Below, one piece after another: positions 62,166 to 64,000 of a stretch of 64,000 nt of DNA (position 1 is its first letter; every line of letters starts with the position of its first letter). The translations under genes and the position numbers were made by a program. The notes under the pieces were generated by a model, which saw nothing but the letters and a program-made list of their open reading frames with translations, was not told where the DNA came from and ran no database searches. Source of the stretch: Acidobacteriota bacterium (lineage in GTDB: Bacteria > Acidobacteriota > UBA4820 > DSQY01); NCBI GenBank assembly GCA_049967655.1, contig JBMFSH010000001.1, positions 64,001 through 128,000 of the forward strand. The letters run 5' to 3'.

Positions 62166-63980
62166 ATGGAACTCGATCGCATCAGGAACTTCTCCATCAT
62201 CGCGCACATCGATCACGGCAAGACGACCCTCTCCGACCGGATCCTGGAGGCCACCCACGCGGTGAGCGAGCGCGAGATGGTGGCACAGTTCCTGGACGGG
62301 ATGGACCTGGAAAGGGAGCGGGGCATCACCATCAAGGCCCACGCCGTGAGCCTCCGCTACCAGGCCCTGGACGGCCATGAGTACCAGCTCAACCTCATCG
62401 ACACCCCCGGCCACGTGGACTTCAACTACGAGGTCTCGCGGGCGCTGGCGGCCTGCGAGGGCGCCCTGCTGGTGGTGGACGCTACGCAGGGGGTGGAGGC
62501 CCAGACCCTGGCCAACGCCTACCTCGCCGTGGATCAGGGCCTCGAAATCGTGCCCGTCATCAACAAGATCGATCTGCCCTCGGCCCAGCCCGAGCGGGTG
62601 GCGCAGGAGATCGAAGAGGTGGTGGGGCTGGACGCCACGGAGGCCATCCTGACCTCGGCCAAGGAGCGCATCGGCATCCAGGAGGTCCTGGAGGCGGTGG
62701 TGAACCGCCTCCCTCCGCCCAAGGGTCTCAGGGAGGCCCCCCTGAAGGCCATGGTCTTTGACTCCTGGTATGACGCCTACCGTGGGGTGATCATGCTCGT
62801 CCGCGTGATCGACGGCCGCATCGGCGTGAAGGACCGCGTCCGCTTCATGAACTTGGGTACGGACCACGACGTGGAGGCCCTGGGGATCTTCACGCCCAAG
62901 CCCCTTGCCGTCCCGCTGCTGGAGGCCGGCGAGGTGGGATTCGTCATCGCCGGTATCAAGGAGGTCCAGGAGGTGCGCGTGGGGGACACCCTCACCTCAC
63001 CGACCAACCCCACCCAAGAGGCCTTCGGCGGTTTTCGCAAGGTCAAACCCATGGTCTTCGCGGGGCTCTATCCGGTGGATCCATCGGACTACCCCAACCT
63101 GCGCGAGGCCCTGGACAAGCTGAGGTTGAACGACTCCTCCTTCGTCTTTGAGCCGGAGACGAGCGAGGCCCTGGGCTTCGGCTTCCGGTGCGGCTTCCTG
63201 GGCTTCCTCCACATGGAGATCATCCAGGAGCGCCTGGAGAGGGAGTTTAACCTGGACCTTATCACCACGGCCCCCAACGTCCGATACCAGGTGCTCAACA
63301 GAAAGCAGGAGGTGGTGGACATCGAGAACCCCTCCCAGCTGCCCTCTCCGGTGGAAACGGAGGAGATCCGGGAGCCCTACGCCTCCGTCACCGTCCTCAC
63401 GCGGAGCGAGTACGTCGGCAACCTGCTCCGGCTTTTCGAGGAGCGACGGGGGACCCAGAGCGCCTTTCAATACGCCTCGCAGGATACGGTCCTCCTCAAG
63501 TACGACATGCCGCTGAGCGAGATCATCGTGGACTTCTACGACCGCCTGAAGGCGCTCTCCCGCGGCTACGCCTCCATGGACTACCAGGTGGAGGGTTACA
63601 AGCCGGGCGATCTCGTCAAGCTGGACATCATAGTGAACGGCAAGCCGGTGGATGCCCTCTCCTTCATCGTCCACCGGGACCAGGCCGAGAGCCGCGGGCG
63701 GGCCATCGCCCAGAAGCTGAAGGAGTCCATCCCCCGCCAGCTCTTCGAGGTGGTGGTGCAGGCGGCCCTGGGGAGCCGCATCGTCTGCCGGACCGTCGTC
63801 AAGCCCCTGCGCAAGAACGTGCTCGCCAAGTGCTACGGAGGCGACATCACGAGAAAGCGCAAGCTTCTGGAAAAGCAGAAGGAGGGCAAGAAGCGCATGA
63901 AGCAGGTGGGCGAGGTCCAGATCCCCCAGGAGGCCTTCCTCTCCGTCCTCCGGGTGCAGGCCGGGGGAGACGAGAAGTAG
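62166..63980 (+). CDS. lepA: Elongation factor 4
   Basis: [67 protein letters not shown]. Confidence 0.98.
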   Translation: MELDRIRNFSIIAHIDHGKTTLSDRILEATHAVSEREMVAQFLDGMDLERERGITIKAHAVSLRYQALDGHEYQLNLIDTPGHVDFNYEVSRALAACEGALLVVDATQGVEAQTLANAYLAVDQGLEIVPVINKIDLPSAQPERVAQEIEEVVGLDATEAILTSAKERIGIQEVLEAVVNRLPPPKGLREAPLKAMVFDSWYDAYRGVIMLVRVIDGRIGVKDRVRFMNLGTDHDVEALGIFTPKPLAVPLLEAGEVGFVIAGIKEVQEVRVGDTLTSPTNPTQEAFGGFRKVKPMVFAGLYPVDPSDYPNLREALDKLRLNDSSFVFEPETSEALGFGFRCGFLGFLHMEIIQERLEREFNLDLITTAPNVRYQVLNRKQEVVDIENPSQLPSPVETEEIREPYASVTVLTRSEYVGNLLRLFEERRGTQSAFQYASQDTVLLKYDMPLSEIIVDFYDRLKALSRGYASMDYQVEGYKPGDLVKLDIIVNGKPVDALSFIVHRDQAESRGRAIAQKLKESIPRQLFEVVVQAALGSRIVCRTVVKPLRKNVLAKCYGGDITRKRKLLEKQKEGKKRMKQVGEVQIPQEAFLSVLRVQAGGDEK

Positions 63981-64000
63981 CGCCGCGCCGTGGCCGCACG

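Overview
A GC-rich bacterial chromosomal segment, densely coding and mostly on the + strand. Gene content (PilMNO-type T2SS/T4P operon with a TPR-secretin-cohesin fusion, DUF4388-like, DUF6982-like and Fis-like proteins) suggests Acidobacteriota or a related lineage; this is inference. It runs from the end of rpsB through tsf-pyrH-frr-ispD-ispF and a sigma54 response-regulator cluster, then maf, xseA, sfsA, an M1 peptidase, lepB and thiL. Next come an ECF sigma module coupled to a 10-kb T2SS/T4P-like operon, two ABC exporter subunits, bioY, gcdH/hbd, a phosphohexomutase and rel. The window ends with an MCP fusion, ACT/UPF0210, ridA, a GlrKR/QseEGF-like two-component locus and lepA. No tRNA, rRNA, CRISPR array, transposase or integrase was recognised. 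The most unusual observations are: (1) a chemoreceptor signalling domain fused to a C-terminal, predicted cytoplasmic OppA/DppA-type binding domain; (2) intergenic mosaics of different 7/8-bp tandem-repeat blocks recurring at several sites; (3) a 144-bp hairpin element inserted at the pilB/pilM junction between perfect 74-bp direct repeats, preserving translational coupling; (4) a sensorless pseudo-histidine kinase (ChpT-like) between two receivers; (5) a ~310-nt structured intergenic element; (6) an ECF/anti-sigma/stand-alone secretin-N-domain module. Family names come from motif recognition by eye, not database searches.
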